The notes under the pieces: generated by a model | What the model saw: the letters and a program-made list of their open reading frames with translations, nothing else | What the model was told of the DNA's origin: nothing | Databases searched by the model: none | NCBI GenBank assembly: GCA_965215505.1 | Contig: OZ244065.1 | Location: forward strand, 288,001-352,000 | Direction: 5' to 3' | Origin: Capsulimonadaceae bacterium | Lineage (GTDB): Bacteria > Armatimonadota > Armatimonadia > Armatimonadales > Capsulimonadaceae | Length of the DNA: 64,000 nt | Shown: positions 29,506 through 37,581 of the stretch, piece by piece | How positions within the stretch are numbered: the first letter of the stretch is position 1 | How the letters are laid out: each line of letters begins with the position of its first letter | Position numbers and translations under genes: made by a program

Positions 29506-31116
29506 TCATCGCTCCTTTCGGGTGAGCATGATCAGGTACACATCGTTCTCCCGCAGCGGCAGGCGGATCTGGAAGGGGCTGCCGGGTGTGACGGCGACGG
29601 TGCGCGTCAGGAACGGCACCCCGCCGTTCTTCCGCTTGATGAGCGCGACCTGCGGGCGGGTGAGCTGGCCGGGAGAGCCGAGGTCCCTGTAGGTGGCATA
29701 CGGGTCATTGGAGCGGTATCCGACCCGAGTGCAGCGGACGGTGTAGCGCCCGGACGGGAGGTGGGCGACGCGGAGCGCGACCTCGCCCTTGGGCCGGGCG
29801 GGGTGGTCCTCCTTGTAGAACGCCTGATCGTTCTCGGTGCCCGGCTGTGTGACGGTGAAGTCCCAGAGGAGGGCCTGGACGCCGCCGCGCGGGTCGCGGG
29901 TGACGAGGGAGGCGGCATCGCGGTTCACGAGTTCCGTGGGCCCCAGCTCGTTCAGGAAGCGGTAGGCGTAGAACGCGGGCTTGACGATGTCCTCGTAGTT
30001 GATCAGCCCGAAGCCGCCGTGGAAGGGGGTGGCGCGTGGGCCGGCCTCCTCGAAGATGTCGGTGAAGGTCCAGTAGGACATGCCGCTGACCGCCGGCCCG
30101 CCGTTCTTGACTTTGTCCAGGATGTAGGCGGCCTCGACGTAGTTGTCGTGGATGGGGTCGGCGGGCGTGTAGGAGGCGCTCCACTCGGTGTAGAAGAGCG
30201 GCAGGCGCGGCAGGGGCGAGGCGGCGACCTCGGCGCGGGTGCGGCGCATGTCGCCGGAGACGGCATCGGGGTCGCGGCTGACGACCGTGCCGCGGTTGCC
30301 CTCGGCGTCCAGGAACCCCTGGCCGACGCCGTATGTGTGGGTGCTGACGAAGTCCACCGGGACGTGGTTGTCGGCGCAGTAGCGGATGAAGTCGGTGATC
30401 CAGCCGTTGCCGGCGGTGGCCGGGCCGCCGACGCGGTATTGCGGTGAGACGGACTTGACGGCGGCGGCGGAGGCGGCGTAGAGCTTGAAATAATCCTGCT
30501 GGTCCCCCGTCCAGAAGCCGCCCTTCAGGTTCGGCTCGTTCCAGACCTCGAAGTACCAGTTCTTGACCTCCTCCTGCCCGTAACGCTCGGTCCAGTGCCG
30601 CGCGGCGGCGGCCACCAGGTCGTGCCACTTGTCGTAGTCTTTGGGTGGCGTGACGTTGCCGCGCCACCAGAAGATGGTCTGCCGCCCGCTGGCGAGGGCA
30701 CCGGGCATGAACCCAAGCTCGACAAAGGGGCGGACGTGGATGCTGAGGAGGAAGTCGTAGAGCCGGTCAACGTACTGCCAGTTGTAGACGGGTTTGCCGG
30801 ACTTGTCCTCGCTGTAGACGCCCATGTCGTCGGTGAAGAGGCCGTGCATGCGGATGTACTGGAAGCCGCACTTCTGCCGGGCATAGGCGAGCTGGTGCTG
30901 CCAGTCGGCGCGCAGCCCCTCATCGGCCCGCCCCGCGCCGATGCACTGCCGGTACACCTGGCTGGTCGGCCCCTTCACCTGGGCACAATCAACGGCGATG
31001 GTGCGTCGGGGGGCGGCGGACTGACTCGCGGCGCGGGCGTCCTCCGGCAGCAGAGGCGCGGCGAGGCAGAAGGCGGCTGCCGCACCGGCCGCCAGCGCTT
31101 TACAGCGGGATGTCAT
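29506..31116 (-). CDS. GH39 beta-xylosidase, secreted
   Basis: 'YIRMHGLFTDDM', 'PFVELGFMP', 'FEVWNEPN', 'YTEWS', 'SYWTFTDIFEE'. Confidence 0.92.
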   Translation of the reverse strand: MTSRCKALAAGAAAAFCLAAPLLPEDARAASQSAAPRRTIAVDCAQVKGPTSQVYRQCIGAGRADEGLRADWQHQLAYARQKCGFQYIRMHGLFTDDMGVYSEDKSGKPVYNWQYVDRLYDFLLSIHVRPFVELGFMPGALASGRQTIFWWRGNVTPPKDYDKWHDLVAAAARHWTERYGQEEVKNWYFEVWNEPNLKGGFWTGDQQDYFKLYAASAAAVKSVSPQYRVGGPATAGNGWITDFIRYCADNHVPVDFVSTHTYGVGQGFLDAEGNRGTVVSRDPDAVSGDMRRTRAEVAASPLPRLPLFYTEWSASYTPADPIHDNYVEAAYILDKVKNGGPAVSGMSYWTFTDIFEEAGPRATPFHGGFGLINYEDIVKPAFYAYRFLNELGPTELVNRDAASLVTRDPRGGVQALLWDFTVTQPGTENDQAFYKEDHPARPKGEVALRVAHLPSGRYTVRCTRVGYRSNDPYATYRDLGSPGQLTRPQVALIKRKNGGVPFLTRTVAVTPGSPFQIRLPLRENDVYLIMLTRKER

Positions 31117-31195
31117 TCGGGATTCTCCATGTCGGTTATCTTCTGGGGGCGGGTGTCCGGCTGAGTGCTGCATGCCGACCGGACCCCTCCGAGGC

Positions 31196-32278
31196 CTACG
31201 CCCGGACGGGAGGCGCGCAGGTCGCCCCGTCCAGCAGCCTCACCGGGACCACGCGGGCAGGCAGGGCGATCTCCGGGTTCTCCATCTTCGCCAGGAGCAT
31301 GTCCACGGCACCCTCGCCCACCTCGATCATCGCGTTGTACACGGTATGGACGGGAAGGAAAAAGCGGTCATCAATCCAGTGGTGGAACTGGACGATCGAG
31401 AGGTCTTCTGGGATTCGAAGGCCAAGAAGATGGGCGGCATGTACCACCGCCATGGATTCCGCCAGCTCATAGGCCAGCACCGCCGTCGGCCTGTCTGCCC
31501 GATCCAGCAGTGACCGCGCGGCCTCGACGCGCCGGTCCAAGTTCGGCTGCCCCGGCGCGCGCCAGTCCTGCGGGAGCCGATGTACGCGCGGCATCTTCCC
31601 CGCCGAAACCATCGCCTGCTCGTAGCCCGCTCTCCGGTCAAGGCGGCTGTAATGCGGGTCTTCCGGGACCTCGGTGTCCACATAGGCGATCCGTTCGTGC
31701 CCGAGATGCAGCAGGAACTCCACGGCGATTCGCCCGCCCATCAGGTCGTCGGGACGGATGCAGTCGAACTCCTGCTGCACATTCAGAAAGATCGCCGGAA
31801 TCCGCAGTCGGCGGATTCGCTCCATGAAAGGCTGAGAGGAGCCGACGTGCCGGTTGACCAGAACGCCGTCCACCGACAGCTCGCGCATGGTGTGCGGCAG
31901 ATACGAGGCGTCCTCGATGACGACATCCGGCACCTGCGTCAGCACCAGATGCAGGTCTTTGTGTGCGATCGCTTTCGTCAGCCCATGAAGCAGTTCACCG
32001 GGCATGTATTGACCCGACAGCGACTGGATCAACGCGATATTTCCGAAGCGGCCCGCCCGGATGGCACGCGCCGAGGCGTTGGCCCGGTAGCCAAGCTCCT
32101 GTGCGACCTCCAGGACGCGGCGTTGCGTCTCGGGCCGGATTCGCTGCTCCGCACCACGCCCGTTCAAGACATGCGTGACGGTCGCCCGCGACACACCCAT
32201 ATGTGCCGCGATTGTGGCGATAGTCGGATGAGCGGTACGGGCGGAGGACATCAGACCCGTTTCTTGTTCTTGTTCCAT
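31196..32278 (-). CDS. LacI-family transcriptional regulator
   Basis: HTH 'TIATIAAHMGVSRATVTHVLNG', hinge 'LGYRANASARAI'. Confidence 0.95.
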   Translation of the reverse strand: MEQEQETGLMSSARTAHPTIATIAAHMGVSRATVTHVLNGRGAEQRIRPETQRRVLEVAQELGYRANASARAIRAGRFGNIALIQSLSGQYMPGELLHGLTKAIAHKDLHLVLTQVPDVVIEDASYLPHTMRELSVDGVLVNRHVGSSQPFMERIRRLRIPAIFLNVQQEFDCIRPDDLMGGRIAVEFLLHLGHERIAYVDTEVPEDPHYSRLDRRAGYEQAMVSAGKMPRVHRLPQDWRAPGQPNLDRRVEAARSLLDRADRPTAVLAYELAESMAVVHAAHLLGLRIPEDLSIVQFHHWIDDRFFLPVHTVYNAMIEVGEGAVDMLLAKMENPEIALPARVVPVRLLDGATCAPPVRA

Positions 32279-32308
32279 GTCAGCTATTTCGCATTAGCGT
32301 GTTGCTAC

Positions 32309-32351
32309 TCCGTGTTAGCACGAGTATAACACGGAACTGCTGGGTTGTCAA
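32309..32351 (-). promoter_or_regulatory. Sigma70 promoter TTGACA-17-TATACT overlapped by inverted repeat TCCGTGTTA-N9-TAACACGGA (candidate operator)
   Basis: -35 at 32351-32346, -10 at 32328-32323; IR arms 32309-32317 and 32327-32335. Confidence 0.8.
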
Positions 32352-32411
32352 CCCCGTGAAGGAACCGGAGTAGGGGAGGCGGAAAGTGAGAGGAAAAGTC
32401 AGGATGGCATT

Positions 32412-33947
32412 CTAGGGAAGCGGCCGTGAACCCGGCCGCGCGAATCTGATGGTGACGACGGAGCGGGGCGTCAGCGTGACGACATTTCCGGTTGAAAGCG
32501 CGCCCAGCTCATGCCAGTGTTCCCCCGTTTCGCCCTCGCTGGATCGGTAGACGGCGGTGGCGGCATCATGGTAAGCGTCGCCGTCGGGGGTCAGCGTGAT
32601 CTGGTGAGGCTGGTTAGTCGGGTTGACAAGCACCGCCACGAGGTCGCCCTTGCGCGGGCCGATGTAGGCGGAGAACTTGATGCCGGGGTCGCTGCACTCG
32701 GCGGCGACTCGGTGCCAGCCCTCGCCGACGAACTCGGAGAACGCCTTGACCGCGTAGAACCGCTCCCGACGCTCCACGCTGCCGTCATCGGGGTTGTAGT
32801 AGACCAGAGCATAGCCGCCCGGCTGCTTGACGCTCCGGGCGGCGATCCAGACCAGATAAGCGCTGACGTCACCCTCGGTGAACGTGTCGCTGATGATCCC
32901 CGCCACCGCTGTCAGCGAGTCGCCCTCCAGGAACTCGGTCTGGAACAGCGGCTTGTCCACGCCGCCCGTTCGGTACGCCGCGCGGACTTCGTTCAGGCCG
33001 GCCTCGAACCGGGCCGGGTCCGGGCCGCCCTCGCCGCCCGCCGCCCCCGCGCCGTAGAGGTGGAACGAGACGCCGAAGAGACGGGTCAGGTCCGACTTGC
33101 CCGCCGCGTCCTTCGGGTTGATGTAGGCGGGGACGTGGTTTGGGTCCGCCGCGCTCGTCTTGAGTGAGAACGTCTCCGGGCCGACGATTTTAGGGGCCGA
33201 CGCGCCCAGCGCGCCAGTCAGCCGGTCGGAGACCGATGCCAGAGCGCGGTCATAGCCGGCGATCCTGTCGCCTTTGGGGTTCGTCCCCTCGGTCGGGAGG
33301 AACAGGCATCCCTCGTAGGTCGCCGGGAATTCCAGCTCGTTCTGGAGCGCGATGTAGTCGGGGTAGACGCCGGTGAGCGTCTTAAAGGTTTTGAGGCTGT
33401 CCAGCCACCAGTCGGCGTAGGGGCCGTAGGCGAAGTTCCCCGCCGCGTCCTGCCTCAGCGTGGCGTTCGCCAGCCCCTTGTCCGTGCCGTCGGAGCGGCC
33501 CGAGGCGAGGCCGTTGCTTTTGAGGGCGGGGGGCGGCGACCAGGAGGTGAACATCAGCCGGACCGGGGCCTTGCCGCCGCGCGTCTTCGGGTCGCCGCCC
33601 CATTTGAGCGCGCCGCCCGCGAACTCGCGCGTGACCTGCCCGAACTTCGCCTGCTGGCCGGGGTAGCCGTTGTAATTGCGGAGCCGGTAGATGTCTATCT
33701 TGAGGTCCTGGAAGAGCGCCTTGTAGACGGCATCCCGTCTGGGGAAGTCTGCCAGGCTGTCGCCCGCGTAGGTCTGCGAGCCGCCGAAGCCGTAGATCGG
33801 CTGATGCACGTCCGCCACATGGATCGTGCCGACGGCTGGGGGCGTCGGTATGGCGGGCGTCTGCGCGGCGACGGTGGCCGCCAGACCGGCCGCCAGGGCG
33901 ATGATGCCCAGGCGGGCGGTCAGGCGCAGCGATGGCCGTACTCTCAT
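32412..33947 (-). CDS. GH30-like glycoside hydrolase (possible glucuronoxylanase), secreted
   Basis: 'QPIYGFGGS', 'SWSPPPALKSN', 'IALQNE', 'FQTEF'; ATGA overlap with the upstream gene. Confidence 0.75.
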   Translation of the reverse strand: MRVRPSLRLTARLGIIALAAGLAATVAAQTPAIPTPPAVGTIHVADVHQPIYGFGGSQTYAGDSLADFPRRDAVYKALFQDLKIDIYRLRNYNGYPGQQAKFGQVTREFAGGALKWGGDPKTRGGKAPVRLMFTSWSPPPALKSNGLASGRSDGTDKGLANATLRQDAAGNFAYGPYADWWLDSLKTFKTLTGVYPDYIALQNELEFPATYEGCLFLPTEGTNPKGDRIAGYDRALASVSDRLTGALGASAPKIVGPETFSLKTSAADPNHVPAYINPKDAAGKSDLTRLFGVSFHLYGAGAAGGEGGPDPARFEAGLNEVRAAYRTGGVDKPLFQTEFLEGDSLTAVAGIISDTFTEGDVSAYLVWIAARSVKQPGGYALVYYNPDDGSVERRERFYAVKAFSEFVGEGWHRVAAECSDPGIKFSAYIGPRKGDLVAVLVNPTNQPHQITLTPDGDAYHDAATAVYRSSEGETGEHWHELGALSTGNVVTLTPRSVVTIRFARPGSRPLP

Positions 33948-35329
33948 TGCGGCGCTCTCAGATAACGACCGGCGAACGTCAGGAACGTCGGCCAGTTCGG
34001 GCCGGTGGTGTGGCCGCCGCTGTGCTGGCGGAAGGCCAAATCCCCGCCGATCAGCGCGGTTTCCATCGGCGGGAACTCGGTGGCTTCCAGCGGCTTCCGG
34101 CCCAGCAGCTTGTACACCGGGCCTGCGTCCACGGTCGCGAGGAACATGCCTCGGTCGTCCAGCCAGGTCCCTTCCACCGTCTGCGAGCCGCAGCTGATAA
34201 AGACCGGGCGCGGGGCGCACAGCGCGATCAGCTCGTGCGAGTCCACCGGCAGGTCGCCCGGCGTCAGCGGCCCGTCATACTTCAGGAAGTTTCCGGCCAT
34301 CCAGTGGTACTCGCCGCTCGACGCGATGTTGCCTTCGGTTTCGCCGTAGTTGCGACGCCAGAGCTTGGCCCCGCCCTCGCCCGACGAGCCGACGAAGACG
34401 ACGGCGAAACGCGGCTCATAGGCCATGGCGACAAGGACCGCCTTGCCGTAGCGCGAGAGGCCCTCCAGGCCCACCTGCCCAGCGTCCACGGCCTTGTCGG
34501 TCGCGAAATAGTCTAAGGCGCGGCTCGCCCCCCAGGCCCAGGCGCGCAGCGCCCCCCAGTCGTCGGGCCTGCGCGGCTGGCCCTTGTTGCACAGGCCGAT
34601 GATGCCCTGGGTCAGACCGGCCCCGTTGTCCGCCTGGAAGGAGGTCGGGACCAGAACGGCGTAGCCCCAGCCTTTCGCCAAAACCTGCTGCTGCCAGGTC
34701 GGGCCGGGGGGAGGGCGGAAACCGGGGAAGCCGCCGCGCCCGCCCGGAAAGGGCGGAAAGCCGAACTCCATCATGACCGGCACCGGGCCGCGCGCGTTTG
34801 CCGGCGTGGTCAGGGTTAGCTGGATATTGACCGTGATGGCCGGGTCGGCCGAGTTGTCCACATGGCCGACAAGCTGCTTGGTGATGACCGGCACGTCGCC
34901 GTTCGTCTCCGGCGTCGTCTTGACCACCTCCCAGGTCACTTTGGGAGTGGCCTTGGGGACGCGGCCGTAGAGTTCGCGGTCGAAGTCTTCTACGATCTCC
35001 GGGCGGCGCTGCGTCCACCACGCCTTTGCGTTCGTGACCTTCCTGCCGTTCTTCAGCACCAGTGGGTCCGGCAGGTTGGTGTAGCGGGTCGCCTTAGACT
35101 CGTCGGTGTTTGCCGCGTCGGGTGCCTTCGGGTTAAACCCGCCCGCGCCGGGCCGCAGGGAGGTGATATGGAGCCGATTCATCATTTCCTGATGGTCCTG
35201 TTCCGCCGTCCTCGGCGCGGGCGGGGGCACGGGATCGGCGGAGCGTGCCGAGGGGGCGGCGGCCAGGGTCAGGAGCGCAAAGGCTGCGCCCAGGGCGGCG
35301 AGGCCCCTTGTGGATGATATTCCGAGCAT
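33944..35329 (-). CDS. CE15 4-O-methyl-glucuronoyl esterase-like, secreted
   Basis: 'WGALRAWAWGASRALDY', nucleophile motif 'GLSRYGK', 'LPVDSHELIALCAPRP'. Confidence 0.85.
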   Translation of the reverse strand: MLGISSTRGLAALGAAFALLTLAAAPSARSADPVPPPAPRTAEQDHQEMMNRLHITSLRPGAGGFNPKAPDAANTDESKATRYTNLPDPLVLKNGRKVTNAKAWWTQRRPEIVEDFDRELYGRVPKATPKVTWEVVKTTPETNGDVPVITKQLVGHVDNSADPAITVNIQLTLTTPANARGPVPVMMEFGFPPFPGGRGGFPGFRPPPGPTWQQQVLAKGWGYAVLVPTSFQADNGAGLTQGIIGLCNKGQPRRPDDWGALRAWAWGASRALDYFATDKAVDAGQVGLEGLSRYGKAVLVAMAYEPRFAVVFVGSSGEGGAKLWRRNYGETEGNIASSGEYHWMAGNFLKYDGPLTPGDLPVDSHELIALCAPRPVFISCGSQTVEGTWLDDRGMFLATVDAGPVYKLLGRKPLEATEFPPMETALIGGDLAFRQHSGGHTTGPNWPTFLTFAGRYLRAPQ

Positions 35330-35345
35330 GAGTGGTTCCCCTTTC

Positions 35346-36227
35346 TCAGCGGACCCGGTGGGCGGACACGCCGCGCGAGCTTTCCAGGGCGTCGGCCCAG
35401 AGACGGTCCCAGGCGGCATGGTCGGTCAGCACCGATTCGGGGTGGGACCGGCTGCGGGCGACGAACTCCGGGTGGAAGGGCCGGCCCGTCGGCGTCCCGA
35501 CCGGCTGATAGCGCAGGTCCAGGCTCCAGCGGACGGCGTCGGTGAAGTTCGGGGTGGAACGGTGGGGCGTGTGGCGGTGCATGAACACGATGCCGCCTTT
35601 GCGGACCGGGACGGCGACCTGGGCCGTGTCCGGCAGCAGGTCGGGCCGGATGGTCGTCCCGCCCTCCGCCTGGTGTTCCCGGAAGCCCTGCGCCCAGACA
35701 TCGGGGATGACCTCCATGCAGCCGTTCTCGACGGTCGCGTCCACCAGGGCGAGCCAGCAGGTGACGATGTCCGCGCCGTCGGCCTCGGCCCACGTCACGC
35801 CGGCGTCCTGGTGCCAGGGGACATTGAAGAAGCCCGCCCCCTCCCCGGTCAGCGCGGCGGGCGGCTTGGCGCGGACGTGCTGGATGGGGCTGCACAGGAT
35901 CTCCGGCCCGATCAGGCTCTCGACGGCGTCCAGCAGGTTCGGGTTCCGCAGGAAGGCGAAAGTCGCCGGCCCGCGCATCTGCATGACGTCCATGCCGCTC
36001 GCGATCTCCGCCGACTGGGCGTACAGTCCGGCGAAGCGGTGCCCGAACGATTCGCCCGCGTGCAGGTCGCTGATCTTGCCCTCGGCTTGGAGCGCGCGCG
36101 CCCGCCGCTCGATCCACGCCTCGTATTCCTCAATGACGGGGGCGAGGTCGGCGTCGGTGACGACGCCCTCGGCGACCAGATAGCCGTCGGTCTGGAACGC
36201 CTGTACCTGCGTATCTGTCAGTTTCAT
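35346..36227 (-). CDS. Phytanoyl-CoA dioxygenase (PhyH) family Fe/2OG dioxygenase
   Basis: 'FQTDGYLV', 'PWHQD', 'ENGCMEVIP', 'HRSTPN', 'RWSLDLRY'. Confidence 0.9.
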   Translation of the reverse strand: MKLTDTQVQAFQTDGYLVAEGVVTDADLAPVIEEYEAWIERRARALQAEGKISDLHAGESFGHRFAGLYAQSAEIASGMDVMQMRGPATFAFLRNPNLLDAVESLIGPEILCSPIQHVRAKPPAALTGEGAGFFNVPWHQDAGVTWAEADGADIVTCWLALVDATVENGCMEVIPDVWAQGFREHQAEGGTTIRPDLLPDTAQVAVPVRKGGIVFMHRHTPHRSTPNFTDAVRWSLDLRYQPVGTPTGRPFHPEFVARSRSHPESVLTDHAAWDRLWADALESSRGVSAHRVR

Positions 36228-36277
36228 GGGGCCTCCCTTGCAGAATCTTGCCACATCGGGTAAATTGCAATCGTCCC

Positions 36278-36306
36278 ATTGTAGTTTATTCGGGACGCCC
36301 TGCCAA
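36278..36306 (-). promoter_or_regulatory. Candidate sigma70 promoter TTGGCA-17-TACAAT for the PhyH-like gene
   Basis: Hexamers at 36306-36301 and 36283-36278. Confidence 0.55.
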
Positions 36307-36361
36307 TGGAGTTGCTGACCAGACCTTTACACTTTTTGTTCACCCCTATACTTGCTTACCC

Positions 36362-37141
36362 ATGAATGATCCTGCCATCACATTCCTCGCGACGACGCGC
36401 GAGCCGCACTGCGACATCCACATCGACAAGCATCTGGACGGCTACAGCACCATCCAGTACATGTCGGCGGGGGGAGTCGCGCTGGCCTACGACGACCAGG
36501 CTCATCTTTTGGAGGGCGCGTGGTTCTGGCCCGCCTATCCCGGCCCGCGCACGCGCTTCCAGGCCGCGCCGGGGCACGCGAGCTGGTTCCATCGGCATGT
36601 CGGGTTCCAGGGGCCTCTGCTTCACCAGTGGGCCGCCGCCGGCCTGTGGCTGGAGGGGCCGCAGCCGGCCCCGCTGGGCCGGGAGTGGCCGGAGTTCTTT
36701 GACGCCCTCATCGTCCAGGCCAAGCGCACGGACCGGTGGGGAAGACTGCGGGCCGCGAACCTTCTGGAACAGCTCCTGTTGGAACTGGCCGAGGCGCGGG
36801 CACAGCCGGCGCACGGCGAAGCCAGGTGGCTGGACCAGGCCCTGGACGCGCTGGCCCAGGAGAGGCACCTCCAGCCCGACTACGACGCGCTGGCCTCGGA
36901 TCTGGGGATGGGCCTGAGTACGCTGCGGCGGCGGTTCAAGGCCGCGACGGGGCTTGCGCTGCACCAGTACGCGCTCCAGTCCCGGATGGCGTCCGCGCGC
37001 GCCCTGCTCGGCGAGACAGACCTGCCAATCAAGGCCGTCGCCGAGCGCCTGGGGTACGACAACGTCTACTTCTTCTCCCGGCAGTTCCGCCAGCATCTGC
37101 ACGTCACGCCCGGCGCGTACCGCAAGAGCCGCCAGACGTGA
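36362..37141 (+). CDS. AraC-family transcriptional regulator
   Basis: C-terminal 'LPIKAVAERLGYDNVYFFSRQFRQHLHVTPGAYR'; divergent from the PhyH-like gene. Confidence 0.93.
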   Translation: MNDPAITFLATTREPHCDIHIDKHLDGYSTIQYMSAGGVALAYDDQAHLLEGAWFWPAYPGPRTRFQAAPGHASWFHRHVGFQGPLLHQWAAAGLWLEGPQPAPLGREWPEFFDALIVQAKRTDRWGRLRAANLLEQLLLELAEARAQPAHGEARWLDQALDALAQERHLQPDYDALASDLGMGLSTLRRRFKAATGLALHQYALQSRMASARALLGETDLPIKAVAERLGYDNVYFFSRQFRQHLHVTPGAYRKSRQT

Positions 37142-37243
37142 CCGCAGGGTCAGTGGTATGAGGACTGCGTAAAATCAGTTCAAACCGACCGAGGGGCCGG
37201 TCTATTCGGATGGGCCGCCCGCGTCGGGACTTCGGATGTGTTT

Positions 37244-37268
37244 GTAGGGGCGCTGCTTGCTGCGCCCT
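37244..37268 (+). repeat. GTAG-type REP-like hairpin
   Basis: GTAGGGGCGCTGCTTGCTGCGCCCT; near-identical inverted copy at 59893-59917 and variant at 58708-58732. Confidence 0.75.
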
Positions 37269-37581
37269 CTTCTCCTGATGCAGCCGATTCAGGCCGGGGG
37301 GCACGGATTTAGGCCGGGGGGCACAGTTGGGTAAGGCTTACGCGAGAGGTCTAATGTAGTCCGCCGCTGTCTTGGTCGGACATACTTATGTAAAGCACTA
37401 GAGTTACTTACTGACTGACTGATGTTACGCGCGCCCCGGATCTTTTCTGCTTCCCTCCGCGTCCGAAGGACGGTTTCCTGCCGGGGCTTTCCACAGCCCA
37501 AGTACGGCGCTCACTCGTCTTCCGGTCGTGGACCGGTTGGCGTCTTCGCCCCCCCCAGGCCTGCCCCTCAGGGCGGGGTTC

